In this document: in pieces, positions 31,350 through 40,061 of the stretch | How positions within the stretch are numbered: position 1 is the first letter of the stretch | Layout: every line of letters starts with the position of its first letter | From: an uncultured Candidatus Rokubacteria bacterium | GTDB taxonomy: Bacteria; Methylomirabilota; Methylomirabilia; Rokubacteriales; DASRDR01 | DNA: 64,000 bases | Reading direction: 5' to 3' | Assembly: GCA_963708025.1 (NCBI GenBank) | Contig: CAVPSB010000032.1 | Span: forward strand, 160,001-224,000 | The notes under the pieces: model-generated | What the model was told of the DNA's origin: nothing | Databases searched by the model: none | What the model saw: only the letters and a program-made list of their open reading frames with translations | Program-made: the position numbers and the translations under genes

Positions 31350-31505
31350 AAGGCGCTCCTCCAAGGACCAAGTGTGGTCGCTCCAGTCGGAGCAACCCTC
31401 GTGCCACTCGTTCTCGTCAGCGCCGGTGGCCGCTCCCGGCGTCTGGCTGTTTCCTGGCCGAAACTCCGACCGGTGGAAAATGTTGCACGAATCGAGTAGC
31501 GGGCG
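31350..31505 (-). ncRNA. Candidate structured cis-regulatory leader RNA of glmS
   Basis: Multi-stem fold with G-U pairs, a GCCAG-hairpin-UGACGAG core and alternative pairings near the RBS (see findings). Confidence 0.5.
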
Positions 31506-32954
31506 TCACTCCGCCGGCGGGGTGGGCGCCTCGCCCGCCGACCTCCTCCGCCGGCGCTCGGCCCAGCCCTCCTTGATCACCTGGTGGGCCCGCCCGACGG
31601 CCAGGGCGCCGGCCGGCACGTCCTTGGTGATCACGGACCCGGCCCCGATGTACGCGTCGTCGCCGACATGAAGCGGGGCGACCAGGCTGGAGTTGGTCCC
31701 CACGAAGGCGCGGGCGCCGATGTGCGTCCGGTTCTTGCGGACGCCGTCGTAGTTGCAGATGATCATGCCCGCCCCGATGTTCGCGCCCTCGCCGACCGTG
31801 GCGTCCCCGAGGTAGCCGACGTGGTGGGCCTTCACCCGGCGCCCGATGGTCGACTTCTTGATCTCGATGAAGTTCCCGATGTCGGCGCCCGCCTGGATGA
31901 CCGTGCCGGGGCGGAGCCGCGCGAACGGCCCGAGCGTCACGTCGGCCTCGACCACGGAGCCCTCGACGACGCAGTAGGGCCGCAGGGTCACCTGGTCACC
32001 CACGGTCATGTCGTTGACCTGGCAGCCGGTGCCGACGACGCAGCCCTCGCCGATCACCGTCCGGCCCGTGAGACGCACGCCGGGATGGAGGACGGTGTCC
32101 CGCCCCACCGCGACGTCCGCATCGACGTACGTCGCGTGCGGATCCAGCACCGTCACGCCTTCTGCCATCAGCCGACCGAGGATCCGCTCGCGAAGAACGG
32201 CCTCGAGCTCGGCGAGCTGCCGCCGGTCGTTCACGCCGGCGACCTCGAGGGCATCGTCCACGTGGACCGACTCGACCCGCCGGCGCGCGCGGGCGAGCCG
32301 GGCGATCACGTCGGTGAGGTACAGCTCCGCCTGGTCGTTGTCGGAGGACAGGCGCTCGAGCGCAGGCCAGAGCCAGCGCGGATCGAAGCAGTAGATGCCG
32401 GAGTTGCACTCGGTGAGCCGGCGCTGAGCGGCGGTGGCATCCCGCTCCTCGACGATCCCCACGATCGGCCCCCGCCGCCGACGACGAACGATCCGGCCGT
32501 AGCCGGTGGGATCGGGCGGCGTGAACGTCAGCACCGTCGCCGCCGCCCGGGTCCGCCGGTGGTGGGCGAGGAGCCGCTCCACGGTCGACACGGCGAGGAG
32601 CGGCACGTCCGCGTAGAGGAGCACGATCTCGCCGGCCGTCTCCGGGACCGCGCCCTTCGCCATCGTGAGAGCGTGGCCGGTGCCTCGCTGCTGCTTCTGC
32701 TCGGCGAACCGGATCTCGCCGGCCTCGGCCAGCGGGCCCAGCGCCGCCCGGACGGCGTCGCCCTGGTGGCCGATGACGATCACCGTGCCCCGGGCGCCGA
32801 GGGCGCGGGCCAGCGCCAGCGGGTATTCGATCAGCGGCCGTCCGGCCAGCCGGTGCAGGACCTTGGCGCGGGCCGAGCGCATCCGCTTGCCTTCCCCGGC
32901 GGCCAGGATGACGGTCCACGTCTCGATCGGCCCCCTGGTCGATGCCGCCCTCAT
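31506..32954 (-). CDS. glmU: Bifunctional UDP-GlcNAc pyrophosphorylase/glucosamine-1-phosphate acetyltransferase
   Basis: ILAAGEGKRM.S..AKVLH, GYGRIVR, ELYLTD, hexapeptide repeats, ICNYDG. Confidence 0.96.
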   Translation of the reverse strand: MRAASTRGPIETWTVILAAGEGKRMRSARAKVLHRLAGRPLIEYPLALARALGARGTVIVIGHQGDAVRAALGPLAEAGEIRFAEQKQQRGTGHALTMAKGAVPETAGEIVLLYADVPLLAVSTVERLLAHHRRTRAAATVLTFTPPDPTGYGRIVRRRRRGPIVGIVEERDATAAQRRLTECNSGIYCFDPRWLWPALERLSSDNDQAELYLTDVIARLARARRRVESVHVDDALEVAGVNDRRQLAELEAVLRERILGRLMAEGVTVLDPHATYVDADVAVGRDTVLHPGVRLTGRTVIGEGCVVGTGCQVNDMTVGDQVTLRPYCVVEGSVVEADVTLGPFARLRPGTVIQAGADIGNFIEIKKSTIGRRVKAHHVGYLGDATVGEGANIGAGMIICNYDGVRKNRTHIGARAFVGTNSSLVAPLHVGDDAYIGAGSVITKDVPAGALAVGRAHQVIKEGWAERRRRRSAGEAPTPPAE

Positions 32955-33991
32955 GAACCTCCACCCCTTTCGTCGCGGGCTGCCGCCGCGCCGCGCGCGC
33001 GGACCGGGCCCCCGTGCTCGATGAGGCGGACGAGCACGCGCCCGAGCTTGTCGGGATGGTGCCGCGCCAGCTCGCTGGGACCCGTCAGATCGGCCTCGGC
33101 CAGCCATACCCCCAGCGCGTGCAGCCGGTCCCGATCCACCGGCACCGGGCGCGCCCCCACCTTCTGGTACCGGACCAGCACGTCGGCGGGGAACGACGGG
33201 CCATGGACGACGACCCCGTCCAGCACGCCGCGGCCGCTGTGAGCGTACAGCCCCTGGAGGTGGTCCGCCAGCGTGAGCCCGTCGGTCTCCCCGGGCTCGG
33301 TCATCAGGTTGCCGACGTAGACGCGCAGCGCCGCCGCTTTCCGGAGCGCGTCGGCGACCCCACCCACCAGCAGGTTCGGGATGAGGCTCGTGTAGAGCGA
33401 GCCCGGGGCCAGGACGATCGCGTCCGCCCGGGCGATCGCCTCCAGGACCTCGGGAAGGGCCGGCACGGTCGCCGGCTCGATGAAGACGCGGCGTACCGGC
33501 TGCTTCCCCTGGCGCAGCTTCGTCTCCCCGTGAACGATGCTGCCGTCGGTCAGCTCGGCGCCGAGCGTCACGCTTTCCAGGGTGGAGGGGAGGATCGTCC
33601 CCTGGACCGCCAGCACCTTGCCGGAGATCCGGATCGCCTGCAGGAAGTTGCCGGTGACGTTGGTGAGCGCGGCCAGGAAGAGGTTGCCGAAGCTGTGCCC
33701 GGCGAGCGACCCGTCGCCGCCGAACCGGAACTGGAAGAGCTGCGCCATGAGGGGCTCGACCTCGGCCAGCGCCACCAGGCAGTTGCGGATGTCGCCCGGC
33801 GGCAACATGTTCAGCTCCTCCCGGAGCCGGCCCGAGCTGCCGCCGTCGTCGGTGACCGTCACCACGGCGGTCAGATCGGACACGCGGCTGCCCAGGTAGC
33901 GCTTCAGGGCGGCGAGCACCACGGGGAGCCCGGTGCCCCCCCCGATGGCCACCACCCGCCGTCCCCCGTCTCGCCCGCGACGCCCGATCAT
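32951..33991 (-). CDS. yvcK: YvcK/GlmR (UPF0052) UDP-GlcNAc-binding protein
   Basis: IGGGTGL, VTVTDDGGSSGRLR, PPGDIRNCL, GHSFGNL, PGSLYTSLIPNL, TEPGETD. Confidence 0.92.
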   Translation of the reverse strand: MIGRRGRDGGRRVVAIGGGTGLPVVLAALKRYLGSRVSDLTAVVTVTDDGGSSGRLREELNMLPPGDIRNCLVALAEVEPLMAQLFQFRFGGDGSLAGHSFGNLFLAALTNVTGNFLQAIRISGKVLAVQGTILPSTLESVTLGAELTDGSIVHGETKLRQGKQPVRRVFIEPATVPALPEVLEAIARADAIVLAPGSLYTSLIPNLLVGGVADALRKAAALRVYVGNLMTEPGETDGLTLADHLQGLYAHSGRGVLDGVVVHGPSFPADVLVRYQKVGARPVPVDRDRLHALGVWLAEADLTGPSELARHHPDKLGRVLVRLIEHGGPVRARGAAAARDERGGGS

Positions 33992-35019
33992 GGCAAATCT
34001 CCTGCCATCTTAGCACTGTCGCCTCGCCCCCGAAGCCAAGCCAGGAGGACCTGAAACGAGGGCGGGGGGGGGACTTCGAGCCGGCACCGCTCACCGGTCT
34101 CGGGGTGGGTGAACCCGAGGACGGCGGCATGGAGGGCGAGGCCGCCGAGCGCCTCGACCCGGCAGGTCAGCTCCGGGTCGCCTGGGGCAGGAATGCGCCG
34201 ACGGTACGTCCGATCGCCCACGACGGGAAAGCCGATGTGACCCAGGTGGACCCGGATCTGGTGCGTGCGACCCGTCCCGAGCTGGACCGCCAGCAGGGTC
34301 AGCGGGGCGGGACCTCCGAAGCGCTCGAGGACCCGGTAGCGGGTCAGGGCATGGCGCCCCGCGCCGGCCGGCCGCACGGCCATCCGCAGCCGGTCGCGCG
34401 GGTGGCGGCCGATGGCCGTCTCGATCACACCCTCCAGGCGCGGCACGGTGCCGTGCACCAGCGCGAGATAGCGTCGCTCGACGCTCCGCGCCTTGAGCTG
34501 GCGCGCCAGGGTGAGGTGCGCGTGGTCCGTCTTCGCCACGACCAGGAGGCCGGAGGTGCCGCGGTCGAGGCGATGGACGATCCCGGGCCGCCGCACCCCG
34601 CCGATCCCCGAGAGGGTGGAGCCGCAGTGCGCCAGGAGCGCGTGCACGAGGGTCCCCGTCGCGTGACCGGCGCCCGGATGGACGACCAGGCCGGCCGGCT
34701 TGTTGACGACGAGGAGGGCCGGATCCTCGTAGACGATGTCGAGCGGGATCTCCTCCGGAGCGAGCTCGAGCGCGACCGGGGGCGGCACCTCGACGCGCAC
34801 GACCTCGCCGACACGGAGGCGGTGGCTGGCTTTCCGCCGTCGATCGTCGACGGTGACCCGGCCGGCACCGATGAGCGACTGCAGCCGGGTGCGCGAGAGG
34901 TCGGGGGCGCGGGCGGCCAGGAGACGGTCGAGCCGCTGCCCGGCCTCCGCCGCCGTCACCGTGAGGGTGCGCGGCCCGGCCTCAGACGTGGCCGCGGGAT
35001 TCCTCCGGCTGACGCCCAA
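33988..35019 (-). CDS. rluD: RluA family pseudouridine synthase (RluD-like); start uncertain
   Basis: S4 domain RLD..L, NKPAGLVVHPG, RPGIVHRLDRGTSG, TGRTHQIRVH. Confidence 0.9.
   Translation of the reverse strand: MGVSRRNPAATSEAGPRTLTVTAAEAGQRLDRLLAARAPDLSRTRLQSLIGAGRVTVDDRRRKASHRLRVGEVVRVEVPPPVALELAPEEIPLDIVYEDPALLVVNKPAGLVVHPGAGHATGTLVHALLAHCGSTLSGIGGVRRPGIVHRLDRGTSGLLVVAKTDHAHLTLARQLKARSVERRYLALVHGTVPRLEGVIETAIGRHPRDRLRMAVRPAGAGRHALTRYRVLERFGGPAPLTLLAVQLGTGRTHQIRVHLGHIGFPVVGDRTYRRRIPAPGDPELTCRVEALGGLALHAAVLGFTHPETGERCRLEVPPPPSFQVLLAWLRGRGDSAKMAGDLP
34007..34015 (-). promoter_or_regulatory. Extended -10 promoter candidate for yvcK-glmU-glmS
   Basis: TGcTAAGAT 15 nt upstream of the yvcK ATG, inside the 3' end of the pseudouridine synthase gene. 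Confidence 0.4.
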
Positions 35020-35476
35020 ACGCCAGCCCGGCGGCGAGCAGCACCACACCGACCGTGATCGCGGAGTCCGCCACGTTGAACGCCGGCCAGTGATAGTCGC
35101 GCCAGTGGGCGTCGATGAAGTCGACGACCGCCCCCACCCGCCAGCGGTCGAGCAGGTTGCCGGCCGCTCCGCCAAACACGAGCCCGAGGGCGACGCGACC
35201 GGTCCAGCCGCCCTCCGGCACGATCTTCAGGGCCACCGAGCAGAGGAGCACGAGCGCCGCCAGCGAGAAGACCGTGACTAGCCAGCGCCACTCGGGGGGG
35301 AGCCGCGAGAAGAACCCGAACGCGACCCCGGTGTTGAACACCAGGGCGAGGTCGACCAGGCCGGGGACGACGGGGACCGGGCGCGTGGGGCTCAGGGCAG
35401 CCAGCGCCCAGAGCTTGGTGAGCTGGTCGGCGGCGAAGACCGGGAGGGCGATCCCCGCCACGGAGATCAGGCGCAC
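34982..35476 (-). CDS. lspA: Signal peptidase II
   Basis: DQLTK, NTGVAFG, GNLLDR, VVDFI, WPAFNVADSAI. Confidence 0.95.
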   Translation of the reverse strand: MRLISVAGIALPVFAADQLTKLWALAALSPTRPVPVVPGLVDLALVFNTGVAFGFFSRLPPEWRWLVTVFSLAALVLLCSVALKIVPEGGWTGRVALGLVFGGAAGNLLDRWRVGAVVDFIDAHWRDYHWPAFNVADSAITVGVVLLAAGLAFGRQPEESRGHV

Positions 35477-35613
35477 GCAGATGGCTCGCGCTCGGTTCGG
35501 AACTCTCGCTAGACCCCCCCGGAGACGTCGGTGTCCGTGAACCAATACTGGCGGCTCTGATTCCTACCACCCGTCGGCTTCTCGCAACCCTCTGACACCG
35601 GCCACCCGGTCGC

Positions 35614-35707
35614 GGCGTTCCACTTCGAGCCGCGGCCCACAGGCCGAAGGCCGTCGAACAGTCGCGGCCTCGAGGGGGGGTTCGGGGGGCTTCCGAGACC
35701 CCTCCGA
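35614..35707. repeat. Repeat family C, copy with an inserted GGCCGAAGGCC module
   Basis: GGCGTTCCACTTCGAGCCGCGGC is identical to the reverse complement of the 3' end of 47718-47791. Confidence 0.75.
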
Positions 35708-35712
35708 TGTTC

Positions 35713-36106
35713 TCAGTCGAGGGTCGCGCTGGTCTCGATCCGTTCGAACCGGGCGATCCTCGAGCACCGCACCAGGCCCTCGTCGTTGCTGGCGAAGCCG
35801 GTCGCGTCGTAGGCTCGTCGCTCGCCAGGCCGCAGGTTGTCGATCGTGACAGCGCGTGGTGCCGAGCGACTGGACGGTGGCGCTGAAAGCCTGCCAGCGC
35901 AGGACCACGTCGAAGGTCGCGGCGGCCGTGGCGTTCCGCACGATCCCCCGCACGTGGCAGTCATCCCTGACGGGAAACAGCACCTCGGACTCGACGACGA
36001 TGGCGAGCAGGTCGGCAGGGGTCGTGCTCGAGCTGTCGTTCCCGCACCCCGCCAGCAGGGCGAGGCCCAGCGCCACCACCAGCAGTTGGCTCACGGTCTG
36101 TCGCAC
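35713..36106 (-). CDS. Putative lipoprotein with an Ig-like (FxLYD-like) domain (frameshift near 35852)
   Basis: GGAGG RBS, lipobox LAGC, VRGIVRN...IDNLRPGERR after a frame switch. Confidence 0.65.
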
Positions 36107-36179
36107 GTACCCTCCGCCCGCGCGACTCCGGACCCGGTCCGTCGCGCTCCGCACCAGTGAAGCACGTCCGATCGGCTTG

Positions 36180-37700
36180 TCAAGGGCGCCGGCCCGGACA
36201 CGCGGACGCCGGCCGGCCCCGCCGGCTCCACGCCGTCTCGTAGACGACCATCTCGTCGGCGCCGGCCACGACGTTGTGAGCCAGCCGGACGCGCTCGATC
36301 GGCCGGAACAGATCGGACCGGGTGGCCAGCCCGGGAAACCACGCCGGGAAGATGACCAGGTAGTCGGGGCAGGCGCGCTCCAGATAGGCGAGGACGCCGG
36401 CGTCCCCCTGGCGGCGGGCCGGCACGACGTCGGGCGTGACGAGGCCCATCAGGTCGATGATCCGCCGGTTCCCGAAGTAGGTCAGGGCGCCGACGTCGTT
36501 CACCGCCAGCAGCGCGTCGGGCGGCGTCTCCCGGGCCACCCAGCGACCGAGCCGGACCTGCATGGCGCTGATGTTCTGGACCCCCCAGGCGTAGGCAACG
36601 CTGGCCGGCCCGAGCGTCAACGCCAGGGCCAGGGCGGCCAGCCCGACGACGGCAGGGCGGAGGCCGAACCGCGGCGGGAGGGCCCTCAGTAGCGCCCCGA
36701 GTCCCGCCACGCCGACGACGACCTCGAGCGGGATCAGGTGAGTCGAGTACCGGCCGGTCTGGAACGCGGGGCCGCGGTAGGGCGCGAGGAGCGCCATCGC
36801 CACGGGATGCAGGACCAGCCCGAGGATGAGCCAGCGGAGCCGGCTGCGGCGGAGCGCGATGCCCCCGACGACGAGGAGCACGGGCAGCGCCAGGTGGTCG
36901 GCGGCGAGGAGCCCGACCCACTCGACGAGGTACGCGAGGACGCGCTGGCCCATCGCGCCCCAGGGATCACCGACGCCGGTGAGTCGGCCGAGGAGCCCGC
37001 CCTCGATCTTCGCCACGGCCGTCCCCGGGAGCAGGCCACCGATCGTCCACAGGTTGAACGCGGGCGCGGGTGCAATGACGAGCGCGGCGACCGCGGCCCG
37101 CGCCCCGGCGGCGGCGAGCCGGCCCGCCGAGGCCGCGTGCAGCGCGACCAGCAAGGCCGCCTCCGGCCGCGCCAGCGTGGCGGCGCCGAGCGTCGCGGCG
37201 GCGCCGAGGTCATGGCCGCGGACGGCCAGGAGGATGCCGGCCGCGACGAGCGCCGCCGCCAGCGGCACCTCCATGCCCGACAGCGCCCCCCAGGCGAGCC
37301 GACCCAGCCCGACGGCGCCCAGGCCGGCAGCGAGCGCCAGCCCCCGCGGGAAGCCGAGCGCGAGGCCGAGGCGCCGCGTCAGGAGGCCCGTCGCCCCGTA
37401 GGCGAGGACACCGAGGAGCTTGGCGGCGAGCAGCCCGGGGAGCCCGAGCGCCAGCGCGAGGGCGAGGAGCAACGTCCAGAGCGGGGCGGTGGAGCCGGCG
37501 ACGGACGCGCCGGGGTTGATCGCGAAGCCGCGCCCGGCAGCGAGATTGTCGGCGAAGCGCAGGTGGATCCAGCTGTCGTCGAGCGGCAGGCCGGCCTCGC
37601 CCGCGATGCGGAGCTCGGCGCCCAGGAACAGCAGGAGCACCGCGGCCCCGACCGCCAGGATGACGGCGTCATCGCGGAATGTTCGGGACCTCCCGCCCAC
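36180..37700 (-). CDS. Polytopic membrane protein, GT-C fold glycosyltransferase-like
   Basis: LDDSWIH..FA.NL..G, GST.PLW, SGME, L.RPE, DVGA..YF, DLMGL. Confidence 0.7.
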   Translation of the reverse strand: MGGRSRTFRDDAVILAVGAAVLLLFLGAELRIAGEAGLPLDDSWIHLRFADNLAAGRGFAINPGASVAGSTAPLWTLLLALALALGLPGLLAAKLLGVLAYGATGLLTRRLGLALGFPRGLALAAGLGAVGLGRLAWGALSGMEVPLAAALVAAGILLAVRGHDLGAAATLGAATLARPEAALLVALHAASAGRLAAAGARAAVAALVIAPAPAFNLWTIGGLLPGTAVAKIEGGLLGRLTGVGDPWGAMGQRVLAYLVEWVGLLAADHLALPVLLVVGGIALRRSRLRWLILGLVLHPVAMALLAPYRGPAFQTGRYSTHLIPLEVVVGVAGLGALLRALPPRFGLRPAVVGLAALALALTLGPASVAYAWGVQNISAMQVRLGRWVARETPPDALLAVNDVGALTYFGNRRIIDLMGLVTPDVVPARRQGDAGVLAYLERACPDYLVIFPAWFPGLATRSDLFRPIERVRLAHNVVAGADEMVVYETAWSRRGRPASACPGRRP

Positions 37701-37807
37701 CCGATCCGTTCGGCGGCCTTCGGCCCGACCCCCCTCCCCCCCCTGACGGCCTCCAGCCTACCGGGGGGGAGGGGGGGGCCGGAAGAACCCGATTGCTTCA
37801 CACGCCG
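37681..37807. repeat. Repeat family A, copy 3
   Basis: GTTCGGGACCTCCCGCCCAC...GGCCTTCGGCC...G-tracts...GCTTCACACG. Confidence 0.8.
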
Positions 37808-39562
37808 TCAGTGCAGGCGAGCGACGGCGGTGACCGGCGTCAGCCGGTACGCGCCGTGCTCCACCACCCGGCGCTCCAGCGGGAGCGCGTACAGCCACCG
37901 CCCGTACGGCAGCGCCAGCGCCCGGAGCTCGGGTGGCCGCGGGATCGCCGGGTTCCAGAAGTCCACCACCCAGACGAGCCGGCGGGCGCTCGACGGGAGC
38001 ACGATCTCGGGGGTGTCCAGAGCGGCCATCGTGGTCGCGTTCTGCGAGCCGAGATAGCCGGGCGAGAAGGGCGGAAGCCGCAGGTGGTAGACGGAATACT
38101 CGGGCAGGTAGTACATGACGTGGCGGAACCAGGGGTAGGAGCGGCGGTTTCCCAGCTCCGTCACCAGCACCGTGTCGCGCGGGTCGAAATGCTGGCGCAC
38201 GCCGGCCACGTACGCCCGGATGACCCCTTCCTGCTCGGCGAGCCCCCGCGCGGTGTGCGGCCAGAGTCGAAAGCGGTAGCGCGCGCGGAGCGACGTCACC
38301 CCGTCCGCGCTCCCGGGCGCGGCGTCGAAGAGACCCTGCACCTCGATCGGGCCGGCGCGCGTGAAGAAGGCGGCGTGCGCCAGCACGATACCGGCCACCA
38401 GGAAGGCCGGAGTCGCCCACCGCACGGTCGGGCCCGGCACGCGGTGCCAGCGGACCGCCGTCGCGAGATGGGCCGTGGCGACGACCAGCCAGCGGGCGAT
38501 CAGAATCGTCAGCCCCGGCAGGATGGCGAGGAGATAGCCGTACTGGCCGAAGTGGACGAACGTGTAGACGAGGACCGGGGGCACCACCCAGCCGGCAAAG
38601 AACCAGGCGCGAGGGTCCCCGTGACCGAGCCGAGGCAGGCCGGCGGCCATGACCGGCACCAAGACGGGCAGGAGCAGGCCCAGGCCGAGGACGGCCGCCT
38701 CGGCGAGGATCACGAGGTTCACCGGCCACGCCCCGAGGAAGCTCGTCGCGCGAACCGTCGAGTCGAAGAGCTCGAGCGCCGCTCCGGCGTAACGGCCGGG
38801 CCCGCCGGCGAGCCACAACATCGGGACGAGCCAGGCGGCCGTGACCATCGCCAGGACACCGAGCCCCGCCAGCACCGGGCGCCAGCGGCGGAAGGCCATC
38901 CAGGCTGCCCCGAGCCACAGGGGGAAGAAGAGGACGAGCACCGACTGGCGCACCCCGCCGGCGACCCCGAGGGCTAGCGCCGCGGCGAGGGCGGCCGGAG
39001 CCTGACCCTCGCGCATCCGCCAGATGAGCAGGGCCAGCGCCGTCGCCAGCGCCGCCTCGGTCGTGTAGCTGAGCCCGACGATGCCGTAGAACCAGAAGAG
39101 GGGACTGGCGGCCAGCAGCGTCGCCGCCACCAGCGCGGTGGGGCGGTCGTAGAGCCGCCAGGCGAGGGCGTAGACGAGGAACACGGTAGCGGCGCTCGCG
39201 GCGAGCGCGAGCCAGGTCAAGCTGGCGCTCGCGTCCCCGCTCACCGTGTTGATCAGTCGGGTCAGCGCGACGTAGAGGATGTACCCGGGCGGATGGGGCT
39301 GATGCTTGACGACGTCGTACTCGGAAAGCGCGAGCGCGAACTGGACGGCGTCCCAGCTCGGCAGGAGCCGGGCCCGGAACGGCGCGCGGGAGAGCGCCGT
39401 GACGGCGGCCAGGAAGAGCGCGAGGGCAAGGTCGGTTCGGGGCATCGGGCGCCGGTCGGGACCGTCGGCGTCGATGATAGCACGCGGAAACGACGCGCGC
39501 CCGAGGGCGGGCACCGGGCCGGCGGCGCCCACGGCTGGAGACGGGCCAGAGGGTTCGGACAC
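37808..39562 (-). CDS. DUF2723/GT39-like membrane glycosyltransferase (start may be 39445)
   Basis: WDAVQFALAL..YD...HQPHPPGY.LY, many transmembrane segments. Confidence 0.7.
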   Translation of the reverse strand: MSEPSGPSPAVGAAGPVPALGRASFPRAIIDADGPDRRPMPRTDLALALFLAAVTALSRAPFRARLLPSWDAVQFALALSEYDVVKHQPHPPGYILYVALTRLINTVSGDASASLTWLALAASAATVFLVYALAWRLYDRPTALVAATLLAASPLFWFYGIVGLSYTTEAALATALALLIWRMREGQAPAALAAALALGVAGGVRQSVLVLFFPLWLGAAWMAFRRWRPVLAGLGVLAMVTAAWLVPMLWLAGGPGRYAGAALELFDSTVRATSFLGAWPVNLVILAEAAVLGLGLLLPVLVPVMAAGLPRLGHGDPRAWFFAGWVVPPVLVYTFVHFGQYGYLLAILPGLTILIARWLVVATAHLATAVRWHRVPGPTVRWATPAFLVAGIVLAHAAFFTRAGPIEVQGLFDAAPGSADGVTSLRARYRFRLWPHTARGLAEQEGVIRAYVAGVRQHFDPRDTVLVTELGNRRSYPWFRHVMYYLPEYSVYHLRLPPFSPGYLGSQNATTMAALDTPEIVLPSSARRLVWVVDFWNPAIPRPPELRALALPYGRWLYALPLERRVVEHGAYRLTPVTAVARLH

Positions 39563-39607
39563 GGAAACGAGGGCCGCCCGGGGCGGCCCCGCGGGGTGGG
39601 CCGGGGA

Positions 39608-39781
39608 TCAGACGGGCTTCTTGTCCTCGGTGGCCTTGGGCTCCTCTTCGCTCTGCGCCCGCTTGAACTCCGAGACGCTCTTCCCCAGACCCCGCGCCAG
39701 CTCGGGGAGCTTCTGCGCCCCGAACAGGAGCAGGACGATGACCAGGATGATCATCAGCTCCTGATAGCCAAGACCGAACAT
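39608..39781 (-). CDS. tatA: Twin-arginine translocase subunit TatA/E (57 aa, not in the ORF track)
   Basis: [40 protein letters not shown]. Confidence 0.93.
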   Translation of the reverse strand: MFGLGYQELMIILVIVLLLFGAQKLPELARGLGKSVSEFKRAQSEEEPKATEDKKPV

Positions 39782-39828
39782 GCGGGCCCCCTTCCCTGAA
39801 CGCGCCGGCGGGCGCGAAGGTGACCTCT

Positions 39829-39858
39829 ACCTTACGCCCGGCAGCCCGAAGGTGTCAA
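39829..39858 (-). promoter_or_regulatory. sigma70 promoter candidate for tatA
   Basis: TTGACA-N18-TAAGGT. Confidence 0.55.
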
Positions 39859-39956
39859 TTCGGGCTCGGCCGCGAGCCCACGTCAGGACGTGGCCGGCGG
39901 CGTGCTCGTGGGAGCGGAGCGGGCGCCGGGTTGCGGACCCGGGGCGCGGGCTCTCA

Positions 39957-40047
39957 GTTCGGGACCTCCCGTCCACCCCCCCAGCCCCCCTCCCCCACCC
40001 ACCGGGGGGAAGGGGGGGAGTCGGAGGACCCATTCCTTCACACGCTC
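39957..40047. repeat. Repeat family A, copy 4 (shortest, no inserted module)
   Basis: GTTCGGGACCTCCC...CCCCCCTCCCCC..GGGGGGAAGGGGGG..CGGAGGACCCATTCCTTCACACGCTC. Confidence 0.8.
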
Positions 40048-40061
40048 AGCCAAGCCCTGGG

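Noticed and set aside
31410-31455. Hammerhead ribozyme (CUGACGA and GAAAC present)
   Set aside because: No stem III or NUH cleavage triplet in the required position, and no stem II linking CUGACGA to GAAA.
27330-31499. Very long plus-strand ORFs (also 1376-4963, 19396-22800, 57488-60970)
   Set aside because: Antisense shadows of high-GC genes with no recognisable domains.
31350-31505. Canonical glmS ribozyme
   Set aside because: Lacks the AGCGCC cleavage-site segment and the downstream AUCG...GGCGG pseudoknot strands; kept only as a variant candidate.
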